Assembly (NCBI GenBank): GCA_964411235.1 | Contig: CAYPKE010000002.1 | Span: 1-40,286, forward strand | Length of the DNA stretch: 40,286 bases | Direction of reading: 5' to 3' | Origin: an uncultured Syntrophales bacterium | GTDB taxonomy: Bacteria > Desulfobacterota > Syntrophia > Syntrophales > JAAYKM01 | Shown: piece after piece, positions 9,097 through 18,421 of the stretch | Position numbering within the stretch: the stretch's first letter is position 1 | How the letters are laid out: every line of letters starts with the position of its first letter | The notes under the pieces: model-generated | Databases searched by the model: none | What the model saw: only the letters and a program-made list of their open reading frames with translations | What the model was told of the DNA's origin: nothing | Made by a program: the position numbers and the translations under genes

Positions 9097-9909
9097 CTAT
9101 TTGCCGAGAGACTTGGCGCGCAGGGCCGCCGCTTCCACCGCCTTCATCAGAGTGGCCCTGAATTTTCCCTCCTCAAGCACCTTAAGACCGGCGATCGTCG
9201 TCCCTCCCGGCGAGGCGACCATATCCTTCAGAACCGCCGGGTGTTTCTGCCCTTGCAAACAAAGCATGGCCGCCCCCAGCATCGTCTGGGCCGCCAGTTT
9301 CTGCGCCGTTTCCCTGGGCAGCCCCATGAGCACACCGGCATCGGCGAGGGCTTCTATCATCACAAAGCCATAGGCCGGACCGCTGCCGCTGAGGCCCGTG
9401 ACGGCATCCATCAGATCTTCTGTTACCGCCACGGAGATGCCGACGGCATCGAAAATTTCCCGGACGGCTTCCATGTCTTCCTCCCGGGCGAAGCACCCCG
9501 GGGCCAGAGCGGTCGCCCCGCAACCGATCAGGGCCGGCATGTTCGGCATGACCCGGACAACCCGCACCTCCCCTTCAAGGACCTCCTCGATAAAGAGGGT
9601 GGAAATACCTGCCGCAACGGAAACGATGAGTTGCTCCTGTCCGAGGTCTCCCTTCATTTCCGCGAGGATCTCCCGCATGTTCTGGGGCTTGACCCCCAGA
9701 ATCACCAGGTCCGATCCGGCCAGGGCCTCCCCGACACCCGCCGCACAATGGATCCCCCTTATTTTCCCAAGCTCATCCATACGCCCGGACGCCTTGTCGA
9801 AAACCGTGATCCGATCCGGTGTGATCAATTTTCTTGACAGGATGCCATCCAGCAGTCCCCCGCCCATCTTGCCCACGCCGATGATGCCGATCCTTTTTCC
9901 CTCCAGCAT
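9097..9909 (-). CDS. proC: Pyrroline-5-carboxylate reductase
   Basis: IGIIGVGKMGGGL is the NADP-binding motif. RVMPNMPALIG, SGSGPAY and SPGGTTIAGL are ProC signatures. GGAGG precedes the Met at 9909; the track ORF runs to 10014. Confidence 0.9.
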   Translation of the reverse strand: MLEGKRIGIIGVGKMGGGLLDGILSRKLITPDRITVFDKASGRMDELGKIRGIHCAAGVGEALAGSDLVILGVKPQNMREILAEMKGDLGQEQLIVSVAAGISTLFIEEVLEGEVRVVRVMPNMPALIGCGATALAPGCFAREEDMEAVREIFDAVGISVAVTEDLMDAVTGLSGSGPAYGFVMIEALADAGVLMGLPRETAQKLAAQTMLGAAMLCLQGQKHPAVLKDMVASPGGTTIAGLKVLEEGKFRATLMKAVEAAALRAKSLGK

Positions 9910-10118
9910 GCCCCTTCCTCCCTCACGTTTTGCTGCACTGTAGAAATCCAACATTTTGCCGGTCATGTCAACCTGAAATCCAGGGAATGAATCCTTACTG
10001 CCATGATTAAGCAACGTTTTTGACCTTCAACCTTGTATTTTCCGATGCTTTTATGGTAGGCAGGATGTCTCTGACTTTTTCAGAGTCGGAAGGAAACGAA
10101 CTCGCTCACAGGGGGTGC

Positions 10119-10418
10119 ATGGTGGTTCTCGGAAATCTTATCGCCTTGGTTGCCAAGATTCTCTTTTATGCTCTTAATATTTACATGTGGATCATCATTA
10201 TTCGAGCCCTTCTGTCCTGGGTCAACCCGGACCCGTACAACCCGATCGTACAGTTCCTGTACAAGGTGACCGAGCCGGTGCTCTCGTTTGTCCGGAGAAA
10301 GCTGCCTATCGCTTCTTTCGGAATTGATTTTTCGCCCCTGATCGTTATTCTGATTATCTGGCTCCTGCAGGAATTTCTGGTTCGGCCCCTGATGATAATG
10401 GGTCTGCGGCTGCACTGA
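10119..10418 (+). CDS. yggT: YggT family membrane protein
   Basis: IIIRALLSWVNPDPYNPIVQFLYKVTEPVL..R is the YggT signature. The start was taken at ATG 10119 after AGGGGG. Confidence 0.8.
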   Translation: MVVLGNLIALVAKILFYALNIYMWIIIIRALLSWVNPDPYNPIVQFLYKVTEPVLSFVRRKLPIASFGIDFSPLIVILIIWLLQEFLVRPLMIMGLRLH

Positions 10419-10420
10419 GC

Positions 10421-10825
10421 ATGGCCGATCCCGAGGAAAGGCCGGAAAGCATGTTGCCCTTCAAGGAAACATCCCAAGGACTCTTCCTCCCGGTACAGGT
10501 TGTTCCGCGTGCCGGCAAGAGTGAACTTGCAGGAATCGTGAACGATGCTCTCAAGATAAGATTGAAGTCGGCTCCTGTTGACGGCAAGGCAAACGAAGAA
10601 TGCCTCCGCTACCTTGCCGACTGTTTCGGCATAGCCAGAAATCGTCTTTCCATCCATGCCGGCGCAACATCCCGGAAAAAAACCATCTTCATTTCGGGCA
10701 TCGGTGCCACCGAGATGGCGGCCGTTCTATCGGCTCTGTTTCCGCGGAAAAAGACACCGGATCTATTTGAATACTCAGGGGAAAAGGATCCTCCACCTTG
10801 CAAGACACCGAGCAAACCAACCTAG
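10421..10825 (+). CDS. DUF167 (YggU) family protein
   Basis: VQVVPRAGKSELAG...LKIRLKSAPVDGKANEECLRYLADCFG...L.I..GATSRKK matches DUF167. The 3' end overlaps murJ by 28 nt. Confidence 0.7.
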   Translation: MADPEERPESMLPFKETSQGLFLPVQVVPRAGKSELAGIVNDALKIRLKSAPVDGKANEECLRYLADCFGIARNRLSIHAGATSRKKTIFISGIGATEMAAVLSALFPRKKTPDLFEYSGEKDPPPCKTPSKPT

Positions 10826-12375
10826 CGAGGGCAGCCGGTGTGGTGGGAACCGCCACCATGCTGAGTCGCATTTTCGGCTTTATCCGTGATGTGGTCGTGG
10901 CCGCATTTTACGGCGCGGCGGCGGCGACCGATGCCTTTTTCGTCGCCTTCCGGATTCCCAATCTTTTAAGGCGCCTCCTCGGCGAGGGATCTCTGACCGT
11001 CGCTTTCGTGCCGGTCTTCACGGAATATCTGACCAAAAAGTCGCGGGAAGAGGCCCTTGAGCTTGCCAACGCCGTTTTTACCATGCTGTCGATCATCCTG
11101 GTCATCGTTTCGTTGCTGGGCGTCCTTTTTTCTCCCCTGATCGTCCTGGCCATGGCGCCCGGCTTTGCCAATATGCCGTATCAATTCGAACTGGCCGTGT
11201 TCCTGACCCGGCTCATGTTTCCCTACATATTCTTCATTTCCCTGGTTGCCCTTTGCATGGGCATCCTGAACTCCCTGCGTCATTTTGCGGCCCCCGCTCT
11301 CTCCCCGGTCGTACTGAATCTATGCATGATTGTCGCCACCCTCCTGCTTTACTCTTTCTTCGACGAGCCGATCGTCGCCCTTGCCGTCGGCGTTCTGGCG
11401 GGCGGCGTCCTGCAGTTGGCCATGCAGTGGCCTTTCCTGGTAAAGATGGGTGTCCGCCTCAAACCTAACTTCAACTTCCGCCACCCCGGCCTGCGGCAGA
11501 TCGGGCGCCTGCTTGTCCCGACCCTGATCGGCTCCGCCGTGTACCAGATTAACATCTTCGTCGGCACCATCCTGGCCTCCCTTCTCCCCAAGGGCAGTGT
11601 TTCCTATCTCTATTATGCCGACCGCATCGTCGAGTTGCCCCTCGGCGTCTTCGCCATCGCCATCGGCACGGCAACCCTGCCCAGCCTGTCCACACTGGCC
11701 GCCAGGGGTTCGTATGAGGACCTCAAAAAGACCCTGGCGTTTTCAATGCGCCTGATCCTGTTTGTGGCGGTGCCGGCAACGGTCGCTTTGATCATGCTGC
11801 GGGTTCCCATTATTTCCGTCCTGTTCCAGCGGGGCGCCTTCGGTGCTACGGAAGCCCTTCTGACCGCACAGGCCCTGCTGTTTTATGCTGTGGGGCTTTG
11901 GGCCTTCTCGGTTATTCGCGTACTCGACGCGGCTTTTTTTGCGCTGCAGGACCGGAAATCACCCCTGAAGGCCGCCTTCGTTGCCTTGCTGGTGAATATT
12001 GTTCTCAGCATCGCGCTCATGTTTCCCCTCAAGCACGGGGGCTTGGCTCTGGCGACATCCATCGCCTCGGCGGTAAACGTGCTTATGCTCTGTGTCATTC
12101 TGTGGCATAAAATCGGACCGTTCCTGGACGGCGCTTTTTTCCGGTCCTTGGTGAAGGTTTTTCTCTCTTCGCTCTTCATGGGAGGCGCGATCTCCCTTGT
12201 CGGTTGTTTCCTGCCATGGAATATTGAAGGATCCTCTAATGCCAAAACCCTTTACCTGACAGTTTCCATCACGGTCGGCACGGTCGTTTTTTTCTCGGGG
12301 GCTTTTTTCACCAGGAATGCAGAACTCTTTTTCTTTCTCGACCAGGTAAAACGAAAAATCACCGGCCGCAGATAG
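10798..12375 (+). CDS. murJ: Lipid II flippase MurJ
   Basis: MLSRIFGFIRDVVVAAFYGA...TDAFFVAFRIPNLLRRLLGEGSL and about 14 predicted TM segments are present. The apparent TTG start at 10798 is needed to include the conserved N-terminus. Confidence 0.9.
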   Translation: MQDTEQTNLARAAGVVGTATMLSRIFGFIRDVVVAAFYGAAAATDAFFVAFRIPNLLRRLLGEGSLTVAFVPVFTEYLTKKSREEALELANAVFTMLSIILVIVSLLGVLFSPLIVLAMAPGFANMPYQFELAVFLTRLMFPYIFFISLVALCMGILNSLRHFAAPALSPVVLNLCMIVATLLLYSFFDEPIVALAVGVLAGGVLQLAMQWPFLVKMGVRLKPNFNFRHPGLRQIGRLLVPTLIGSAVYQINIFVGTILASLLPKGSVSYLYYADRIVELPLGVFAIAIGTATLPSLSTLAARGSYEDLKKTLAFSMRLILFVAVPATVALIMLRVPIISVLFQRGAFGATEALLTAQALLFYAVGLWAFSVIRVLDAAFFALQDRKSPLKAAFVALLVNIVLSIALMFPLKHGGLALATSIASAVNVLMLCVILWHKIGPFLDGAFFRSLVKVFLSSLFMGGAISLVGCFLPWNIEGSSNAKTLYLTVSITVGTVVFFSGAFFTRNAELFFFLDQVKRKITGRR

Positions 12376-12490
12376 CCCCTATTACCTTTCCCGCACAGCA
12401 GCGCTGTTCAGACAAAATCATTGACTTCACCTTTTCAAAGTGGTAGGGGAGTAAGTCCCTTGCCTGGGGCCAGGGACAGGAGCGTACGCC

Positions 12491-13762
12491 ATGCTGGATA
12501 TCAAATTCATTCGGCAGCATACCGACTTAGTCCGGCAGAAACTCACCGAAAGAGGGCAGACCCTGAATCTGGATGAGTTCATCCGTCTCGAAGCGAAGAG
12601 ACGCAACATCCTGCAGGATGTGGAAGCCCTCCGGAACGAGCGCAATGTTGTCTCCAAGCAAGTCGGTGAGAGGAAAAAACTCAAAGAAGACGCCTCTGAG
12701 CTCATTGAAAGGATGGGGGACGTATCCGCCCGCATTAAGGATCTGGACGAAAACCTCGCCCAGACGGAGGATATGCTTCACAAGCTGGTGATGATGATGC
12801 CCAATCTTCATCACGAAAGCGTCGTTTACGGCCAGGGATCTGATGACAACCCGATCGTTCGCTCCTGGGGAGAAAAAAAAGTCTTTCCGTTCAAACCGAA
12901 ACCACACTGGGATATCGGCGAAGACCTACAGATCCTTGATTTTGCGCGGGGCGCCAAGATTGCGGGCGCCCGTTTCACCGTCTACCGCGGAGCGGGGGCT
13001 TTGCTGGAAAGGGCTCTGCTTAATTTCATGCTCGATCTCCATACCCGGGAGCACGGATATACGGAAGTTCTGCCGCCGTTCCTGGTCAATCGGGACAGCA
13101 TGACCGGCACAGGACAACTGCCCAAGTTTGAGGAAGATCTCTTCCGGATCGAGAAATTCGATTACTTCCTCATCCCCACGGCGGAAGTTCCCGTAACGAA
13201 TCTCCATCGAGATGAAGTGCTGGGAGAAAAAGATCTTCCCGTTCGATACGTGGCGTGGACACCGAGTTTTCGCGCCGAGGCCGGCTCTTACGGTAAAGAT
13301 ACGCGGGGGTTGATCCGGCAGCACCAGTTCAACAAGGTGGAACTGGTCAAGTTCGCCCATCCGGACACATCCTATGATGAGCTGGAAAAACTGACGGCCG
13401 ATGCCGAAGAAGTACTGAAACGGCTGAACATTCCTTTCCGGACCGTGAGTCTCTGCAGCGCCGATCTGGGATTTTCATCCGCGAAAACCTACGATCTTGA
13501 AGCCTGGCTGCCGGGACAGGACACATACCGGGAAATCTCTTCTTGTAGCAATTTCGAAGACTTCCAGGCACGCCGCGCCTCGATACGATTTCGCCGGGAA
13601 CAGGGGGGAAAGATCGATTACGTCCACACCCTGAACGGCTCGGGTCTGGCCGTCGGCAGAACGGTGGTGGCGATCCTGGAGAACTATCAGGAAGAAGATG
13701 GCTCCGTCACCGTTCCTGAAATTCTCCGGCCATACATGCGTGGCATGGATCGGATTCGCTAA
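12491..13762 (+). CDS. serS: Seryl-tRNA synthetase
   Basis: An N-terminal coiled-coil arm (MLDIKFIR...) is followed by class II motifs [25 protein letters not shown] and GSGLAVGRT. Confidence 0.95.
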   Translation: MLDIKFIRQHTDLVRQKLTERGQTLNLDEFIRLEAKRRNILQDVEALRNERNVVSKQVGERKKLKEDASELIERMGDVSARIKDLDENLAQTEDMLHKLVMMMPNLHHESVVYGQGSDDNPIVRSWGEKKVFPFKPKPHWDIGEDLQILDFARGAKIAGARFTVYRGAGALLERALLNFMLDLHTREHGYTEVLPPFLVNRDSMTGTGQLPKFEEDLFRIEKFDYFLIPTAEVPVTNLHRDEVLGEKDLPVRYVAWTPSFRAEAGSYGKDTRGLIRQHQFNKVELVKFAHPDTSYDELEKLTADAEEVLKRLNIPFRTVSLCSADLGFSSAKTYDLEAWLPGQDTYREISSCSNFEDFQARRASIRFRREQGGKIDYVHTLNGSGLAVGRTVVAILENYQEEDGSVTVPEILRPYMRGMDRIR

Positions 13763-13782
13763 AAGATGGATGCAATTAAGAC

Positions 13783-13868
13783 GGAGGGATGGCCGAGTGG
13801 TCTAAGGCGGCGGTCTTGAAAACCGTTGACCGAAAGGTTCGCGGGTTCGAATCCTGCTCCCTCCGCCA
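13783..13868 (+). tRNA. tRNA-Ser (anticodon UGA)
   Basis: Manual cloverleaf: acceptor GGAGGGA/TCCCTCC, anticodon stem GCGGT/ACCGT, loop CTTGAAA, a long variable arm, GGTTCGAATCC T-loop, and an encoded CCA. Confidence 0.9.
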
Positions 13869-13924
13869 TATATAACGATCGGAAATGCCGTCCTTTACGG
13901 ATCCCCAGGAAGAGGACGATCAGC

Positions 13925-14018
13925 GGAGAGATGGCTGAGTGGCCGAAAGCGATCGCCTGCTAAGCGATTGTACGCCCTAAAAGGTGTACCGCGGGTTCAA
14001 ATCCCGCTCTCTCCGCCA
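13925..14018 (+). tRNA. tRNA-Ser (anticodon GCU)
   Basis: Acceptor GGAGAGA/TCTCTCC, anticodon stem ATCGC/GCGAT, loop CTGCTAA, a long variable arm, GGTTCAAATCC T-loop, and an encoded CCA. Confidence 0.9.
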
Positions 14019-14031
14019 TTTTATATATCAT

Positions 14032-14108
14032 GCGCCCATGGCTCAGCTGGATAGAGCGCCAGACTACGAATCTGGATGTCGGAGGTTCGAATCCTCCTGG
14101 GCGCGCCA
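14032..14108 (+). tRNA. tRNA-Arg (anticodon ACG)
   Basis: Acceptor GCGCCCA/TGGGCGC, D-arm GCTCAGCTGGATAGAGC, anticodon stem CCAGA/TCTGG, loop CTACGAA, GGTTCGAATCC T-loop, and an encoded CCA. Confidence 0.9.
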
Positions 14109-14117
14109 ATAAATAAT

Positions 14118-14149
14118 AGAGGGTTGCCACCTCATGGCGGCAACCCTCT
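14118..14149. terminator. Hairpin separating the tRNA cluster from the convergent GT2 gene
   Basis: An 11-bp stem forms between agagggttgcc (14118-14128) and ggcaaccctct (14139-14149). On the minus strand it is followed by attatttatt. Confidence 0.45.
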
Positions 14150-14225
14150 CTGCATTCACAAGCCCTGGCCTACCCGCACGGATGCCGGTAGCTTGCAGGG
14201 GAATGCATCCCATCACTGTTTTTCC

Positions 14226-14939
14226 CTACCCTTCCCCCGATTCCTTCCAGAGCGCCATCCGGAAAGACAACAATTCTTTAAAAGCCCTCAGGATAACATC
14301 GGGTCTCGCCCCGGTCGGGCTGCCGGCGATGCGCGGACGATGTCCGTTAATCGCTACTTCCTTGATTGCAAACCCGCCCCTTCGGGCCCGGACCAGGAAT
14401 TCGGCGCTGAATGTCGCCCCTCTCGACGCGACCTTGTCTTTCAGATAATCAACCACCTCTTTTCGCATCAGCTTGAACGCACAATCCACATCACGGGCCG
14501 TGTAGCCGAAACAAATCGTGATCAATGAATTCCATCCCCAGGCGTTCATTTTCCTCATAAAGGGATCCCTGCGGGGGGCACGGTAGCCGATCACCAGGTC
14601 GGCGTCATCACTTAAATCGAGCAATTTGGATATTTCCGTCAGGTCGAACTGCCGATCGGAATCGGTAAAAAAAATAAAATCCTTGCAGGCGTTGACCAGT
14701 CCGTTGAATACAGCGGCGCCATATCCCTGATTGATCTCATGCTCGATCAGGCACACCCGGGGATAATTGTTCATCACTGTTTTAACGATCTGCGCCGTTG
14801 CGTCGGCACTGCCGTCGTTGACAACGACAACTTCATAATCATTAGTGAGATTTTCGACCGTCTGGATCACATCCAGGATCATCGCCTCGATATTTTCAGC
14901 TTCATTATACGCCGCCAGGACGATGGAAAGGCTCTTCAT
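14226..14939 (-). CDS. GT2 polyprenol-phosphate glycosyltransferase (DPM1/GtrB/ArnC-like, soluble form)
   Basis: SIVLAAYNEAENI, VVVVNDGSADAT, the FFTDSDRQ (DXD) motif and DVDCAFKLMRKE match GT2 enzymes that charge undecaprenyl phosphate. Confidence 0.8.
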   Translation of the reverse strand: MKSLSIVLAAYNEAENIEAMILDVIQTVENLTNDYEVVVVNDGSADATAQIVKTVMNNYPRVCLIEHEINQGYGAAVFNGLVNACKDFIFFTDSDRQFDLTEISKLLDLSDDADLVIGYRAPRRDPFMRKMNAWGWNSLITICFGYTARDVDCAFKLMRKEVVDYLKDKVASRGATFSAEFLVRARRGGFAIKEVAINGHRPRIAGSPTGARPDVILRAFKELLSFRMALWKESGEG

Positions 14940-15084
14940 TGTTTGATCACCTCTCTTCCCTTACAGAACCAATTTTTTTACGAAGAACCCTATCAATTTG
15001 AGACCGCTCATCGCAACAGTTTTATCCTGATGTCGGCCTTTTGTTGACAAAAATACCGAAGGGTATATAAGCGATTATCGAATC

Positions 15085-16425
15085 ATGACAAAAGATATAA
15101 TAAATCCAAAGGCAAAACCCTATCTGAAAGAGGTCTTAATCGGTCTTGTCATACTGATCGCCGTATGCATGCCGTTTCTGCATAATATTGAAAACAGACT
15201 GTACCATCACGACGAAAATCACTGGATACACACCTCCAAATACTTCAAGTTATTCTTCATCGATCGTGATTTCCATAATCCGCAATGGAAAGAATGGTGG
15301 ACCTGGGACCAGCCATCTGTCGGCAGGTATATCATCGGCATTTCTTTGTATCTTGATGGCGGGGAAAAGCGCTTTGAAGAAGTCGCAAAAATGGCTGTAT
15401 GGAAGTCATCCCAGAGTTTCTTATGGAACACACTGAACGGAGCCCTGCCGATGAAGGACATTCTTTACAGGGCAAGGTTGCCGATGGCCATCCTGGGAGG
15501 GCTGACCTGTTTCTTGATCTACCTGGCGGGCACCATGCTCTTCAACCGCTGGACGGGCATTCTGGCCGCGCTGCTTCTGGCATACAATCCCCTGATGCTT
15601 GAATCCAGCCAAAGGGCCATGACCGATTCGCCCCTTATTTTTTTCATGACTGCAAGCATGGTCCTGATGATTTTCTTCTATCAATCGATAAATAGGCGGA
15701 AGCATTACACCGCGCTGGGGCTTTCCCTGTTAATAGGGGTTGCCGTCGCGCTGGCGGCGGGCAGCAAAATGAACGGCGCCCTGGCAGGGATCACATTCGG
15801 GACTTTTTGCATATTGCTCTCAGTTTTCAAGATCAAGCAACTTTATAGAAACTGCAATTTACCGGCTCTTCCACGAAGAATCATGACCGATATGGACTTG
15901 AAAACCGTATCCTCCTGCCTCATCATATCCGGCCTGACATCCATTCTGCTCTTTACGGCGCTCAATCCATACCTCTACAAGCAACCCTTAAAAGGTTTCC
16001 AGAAAATGGTTGAACACAGGATGGAAACGGCCAAGAACCAGCAGAAAAACTGGACCGCGATTCATACGGCAGGCGAAAAATTCCGTTTTGTAACCAACCG
16101 CTCCTTGTATGATGCACGTTACACTACATTGAAGAGCGTCTTTCATCTCCCTCTTGACCTGATTCTATTCATTACCGGATTAGTCATCCTTTTTTATACA
16201 GAGACCAGGCATGTAATCCAAAATGGGGCCCTCTCCATGAAAAGCATCGTCTTGGTCTGGACTCTCATCACCTATATTGGCATCATGGTTTGGATTCCCC
16301 TGGACTGGGATCGTTACTATCTGCCTGTTGTGCCCTGTGTCGCCATGATGTGTGCCTTCGGTACGGAAAGATTCATTGCCATAAGCTATAATTACGCCAA
16401 ACGCGGTGTCTTGCATGCAGCTTAA
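15085..16425 (+). CDS. GT-C fold membrane glycosyltransferase (PMT/ArnT-like, GT39/GT83-type)
   Basis: A polytopic membrane protein with a DE pair in the first loop (HHDENHW) and the typical LAGTMLFNRWTGILAALLLAYNPLMLESSQRAMTDSP block. It is divergent from the GtrB-like GT2 gene. Confidence 0.7.
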   Translation: MTKDIINPKAKPYLKEVLIGLVILIAVCMPFLHNIENRLYHHDENHWIHTSKYFKLFFIDRDFHNPQWKEWWTWDQPSVGRYIIGISLYLDGGEKRFEEVAKMAVWKSSQSFLWNTLNGALPMKDILYRARLPMAILGGLTCFLIYLAGTMLFNRWTGILAALLLAYNPLMLESSQRAMTDSPLIFFMTASMVLMIFFYQSINRRKHYTALGLSLLIGVAVALAAGSKMNGALAGITFGTFCILLSVFKIKQLYRNCNLPALPRRIMTDMDLKTVSSCLIISGLTSILLFTALNPYLYKQPLKGFQKMVEHRMETAKNQQKNWTAIHTAGEKFRFVTNRSLYDARYTTLKSVFHLPLDLILFITGLVILFYTETRHVIQNGALSMKSIVLVWTLITYIGIMVWIPLDWDRYYLPVVPCVAMMCAFGTERFIAISYNYAKRGVLHAA

Positions 16426-16496
16426 CTCTTTTATTGGAGGAGACACCATTATGCGCTCCATCTGCTAAAACGAAACTTCTTGAGGATTGACATCTT

Positions 16497-17750
16497 ATGC
16501 ATACATCCACGGCTTCTCAAGACCCCCGCCCCTTCACAGCGAATAAGGATTTATCCAACTCTGATATTCCTGTGAATCATAACTTAAAGGATCGTTTTTG
16601 CAGCAAGCCATGGGAGTTTATCGAAATAGGCCGTGAAGGAAAAGCGACCGCATGCTGCCCTTCCTGGCTTCCCAAGCTCATAGGGAAACTCCCTGAAGAC
16701 TCTGTGGAAGCTGCCTGGAATTCAGATTCGATGAGGGAAATACGGGCAAGCATTCTTGACGGGTCATTTCGGTTTTGCAGGCCTGCAAATTGTACACTGA
16801 TCGCATCCGGAACCCTGCCGAAAAGAAATAAAATCTGCGATCCGAAAATCAGAAATATTATCGCCGAAAACAGTACTTTCATGGCGGATGAACCCAAACG
16901 TTATTTTTTAAGCTACGATTCTTCATGCAACTTGAGCTGCCCCAGTTGCCGTACGGTTCGTGTCAATATTGCCGATGGTCCTGAATATGAAAGTCTGCAA
17001 AATATTCACAGTAGGGTGATAAAAGCGCTGTTTAGTCAACCCCATGACAGACATTTCTTGGTCAATATAACCGGAGCGGGAGATCCGTTTGCTTCAAAAC
17101 TTTTCAGAAGCCTTCTCACAACGGTTGATGGTGCTGATTATCCTAACGTTGTTTTTGATTTCCAGACCAATGGCGTGATGTTCACCAGGAAGTGTTTCGA
17201 ACAAATGGGAAAAATAAAACACAACCTTGGCCGGATCGCAGTGTCTTTTGATGCTGCAAATCCCTCCACGTATTCAGTGACGCGCCGCGGCGGTGATTGG
17301 AATCAACTTATTGATAATATGTCTTTTATGAACGAATTACGTCAGGAGAAACTGATAAAGAATTTGACGGTAGAGTATGTCGTCCAGGCTCTAAATTATC
17401 AAGAATTACCTGATTTTGTTAACCTGCTGAACCGCTATAAAGCGGTTGACACCATATCGTTCAGCCTTATAAACAACTGGGGCACTTATTCGGCAGAAGA
17501 ATTTAAAAAACAGGCGATATGGCAAACCGATCATCCCGAGTTCACGAATTTTCTAAGGGTTCTCTGTGATCCGGCACTTTGCAATGGAAGGATTTTCTGG
17601 GGTAATGTTTATCCTTACCGTCTCACAGCCCTTAAACAAATGGGGAACCGCATATTATTGGGCAATAAAATCCGTTCCAGAATCAATAAGTTGCAAAACA
17701 AAATCACCGTGACCATGCGGGATGCCCTGACAAGCTGCCAGAACCGGTAA
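16497..17750 (+). CDS. Radical SAM enzyme with an extra N-terminal Cys-rich (SPASM/twitch-like) segment
   Basis: CNLSCPSC is a CxxxCxxC cluster motif, followed by ITGAGDPF. The N-terminal part has C..PW....CCPSW....C....C spacing. The family was not identified further. Confidence 0.7.
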   Translation: MHTSTASQDPRPFTANKDLSNSDIPVNHNLKDRFCSKPWEFIEIGREGKATACCPSWLPKLIGKLPEDSVEAAWNSDSMREIRASILDGSFRFCRPANCTLIASGTLPKRNKICDPKIRNIIAENSTFMADEPKRYFLSYDSSCNLSCPSCRTVRVNIADGPEYESLQNIHSRVIKALFSQPHDRHFLVNITGAGDPFASKLFRSLLTTVDGADYPNVVFDFQTNGVMFTRKCFEQMGKIKHNLGRIAVSFDAANPSTYSVTRRGGDWNQLIDNMSFMNELRQEKLIKNLTVEYVVQALNYQELPDFVNLLNRYKAVDTISFSLINNWGTYSAEEFKKQAIWQTDHPEFTNFLRVLCDPALCNGRIFWGNVYPYRLTALKQMGNRILLGNKIRSRINKLQNKITVTMRDALTSCQNR

Positions 17751-17805
17751 CGTTTGCTGTTTTTCGCAACGCATTTATGATCACCTCCGGTTTTCACGGC
17801 ACAAC

Positions 17806-18315
17806 TTATTTCCAGTGGCAACGGAGATCGCTTAAGAGATTTAAGGCATTTTTTTCATGCTGGTACCGATATCGGGAGATGTGCGCCAAAGAGGCCATGG
17901 CGAAGAAAGGGAACAGCCAGACAAAGCGGCTGCCGAACCGCTGATGCGGCACCGAAAGGCAACCCGTGATAAATGACTGAAGCAGATAGGCAAAGGCAAT
18001 AAAAATGAGAAAGAAAATTGGATTATACTGGCTACGCCTCCGAAAAATGTAAAAAGCGGCCACCGTCACAAAAAGTGCCAAGGCATAGACCGCTATATGA
18101 AGAAAATTCAAGTATTCCAATAAATACAGCTTGTTTCGGCTTTGCAGAGAGTCGATGTAGGCCCGGTATTCTCCCGGGAAATAAGACCGTATTGGATTGG
18201 TCACGTAGTATTCAAGGTAAGGCCTTCGGAAAGTTAGCACTTTGATCAATTGAAGAAGGGTAGCAAAAAACAGTACGCTCCCAATTTTTAATCTGTTCAA
18301 TGCCAAATCCGACAT
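17806..18315 (-). CDS. Hypothetical polytopic membrane protein
   Basis: A 169-aa ORF with 4-5 hydrophobic segments. It is the last gene of the minus-strand glycosyltransferase string. No recognisable motif was seen. Confidence 0.5.
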   Translation of the reverse strand: MSDLALNRLKIGSVLFFATLLQLIKVLTFRRPYLEYYVTNPIRSYFPGEYRAYIDSLQSRNKLYLLEYLNFLHIAVYALALFVTVAAFYIFRRRSQYNPIFFLIFIAFAYLLQSFITGCLSVPHQRFGSRFVWLFPFFAMASLAHISRYRYQHEKNALNLLSDLRCHWK

Positions 18316-18421
18316 TAATATTTCACCCGCTACATTTTTTGCAGCAACTTCACCGTATTCTTTTCATAGCTCCTTGTCTTCACAGATCATCCATTGTTAC
18401 AGGAAAAATGGGGCTTGGTGA

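Noticed and set aside
8992-9837. 281-aa plus-strand ORF overlapping proC
   Set aside because: It is antisense to proC, which carries unambiguous P5C reductase motifs. Its composition is Arg/His/Pro-rich and low in complexity.
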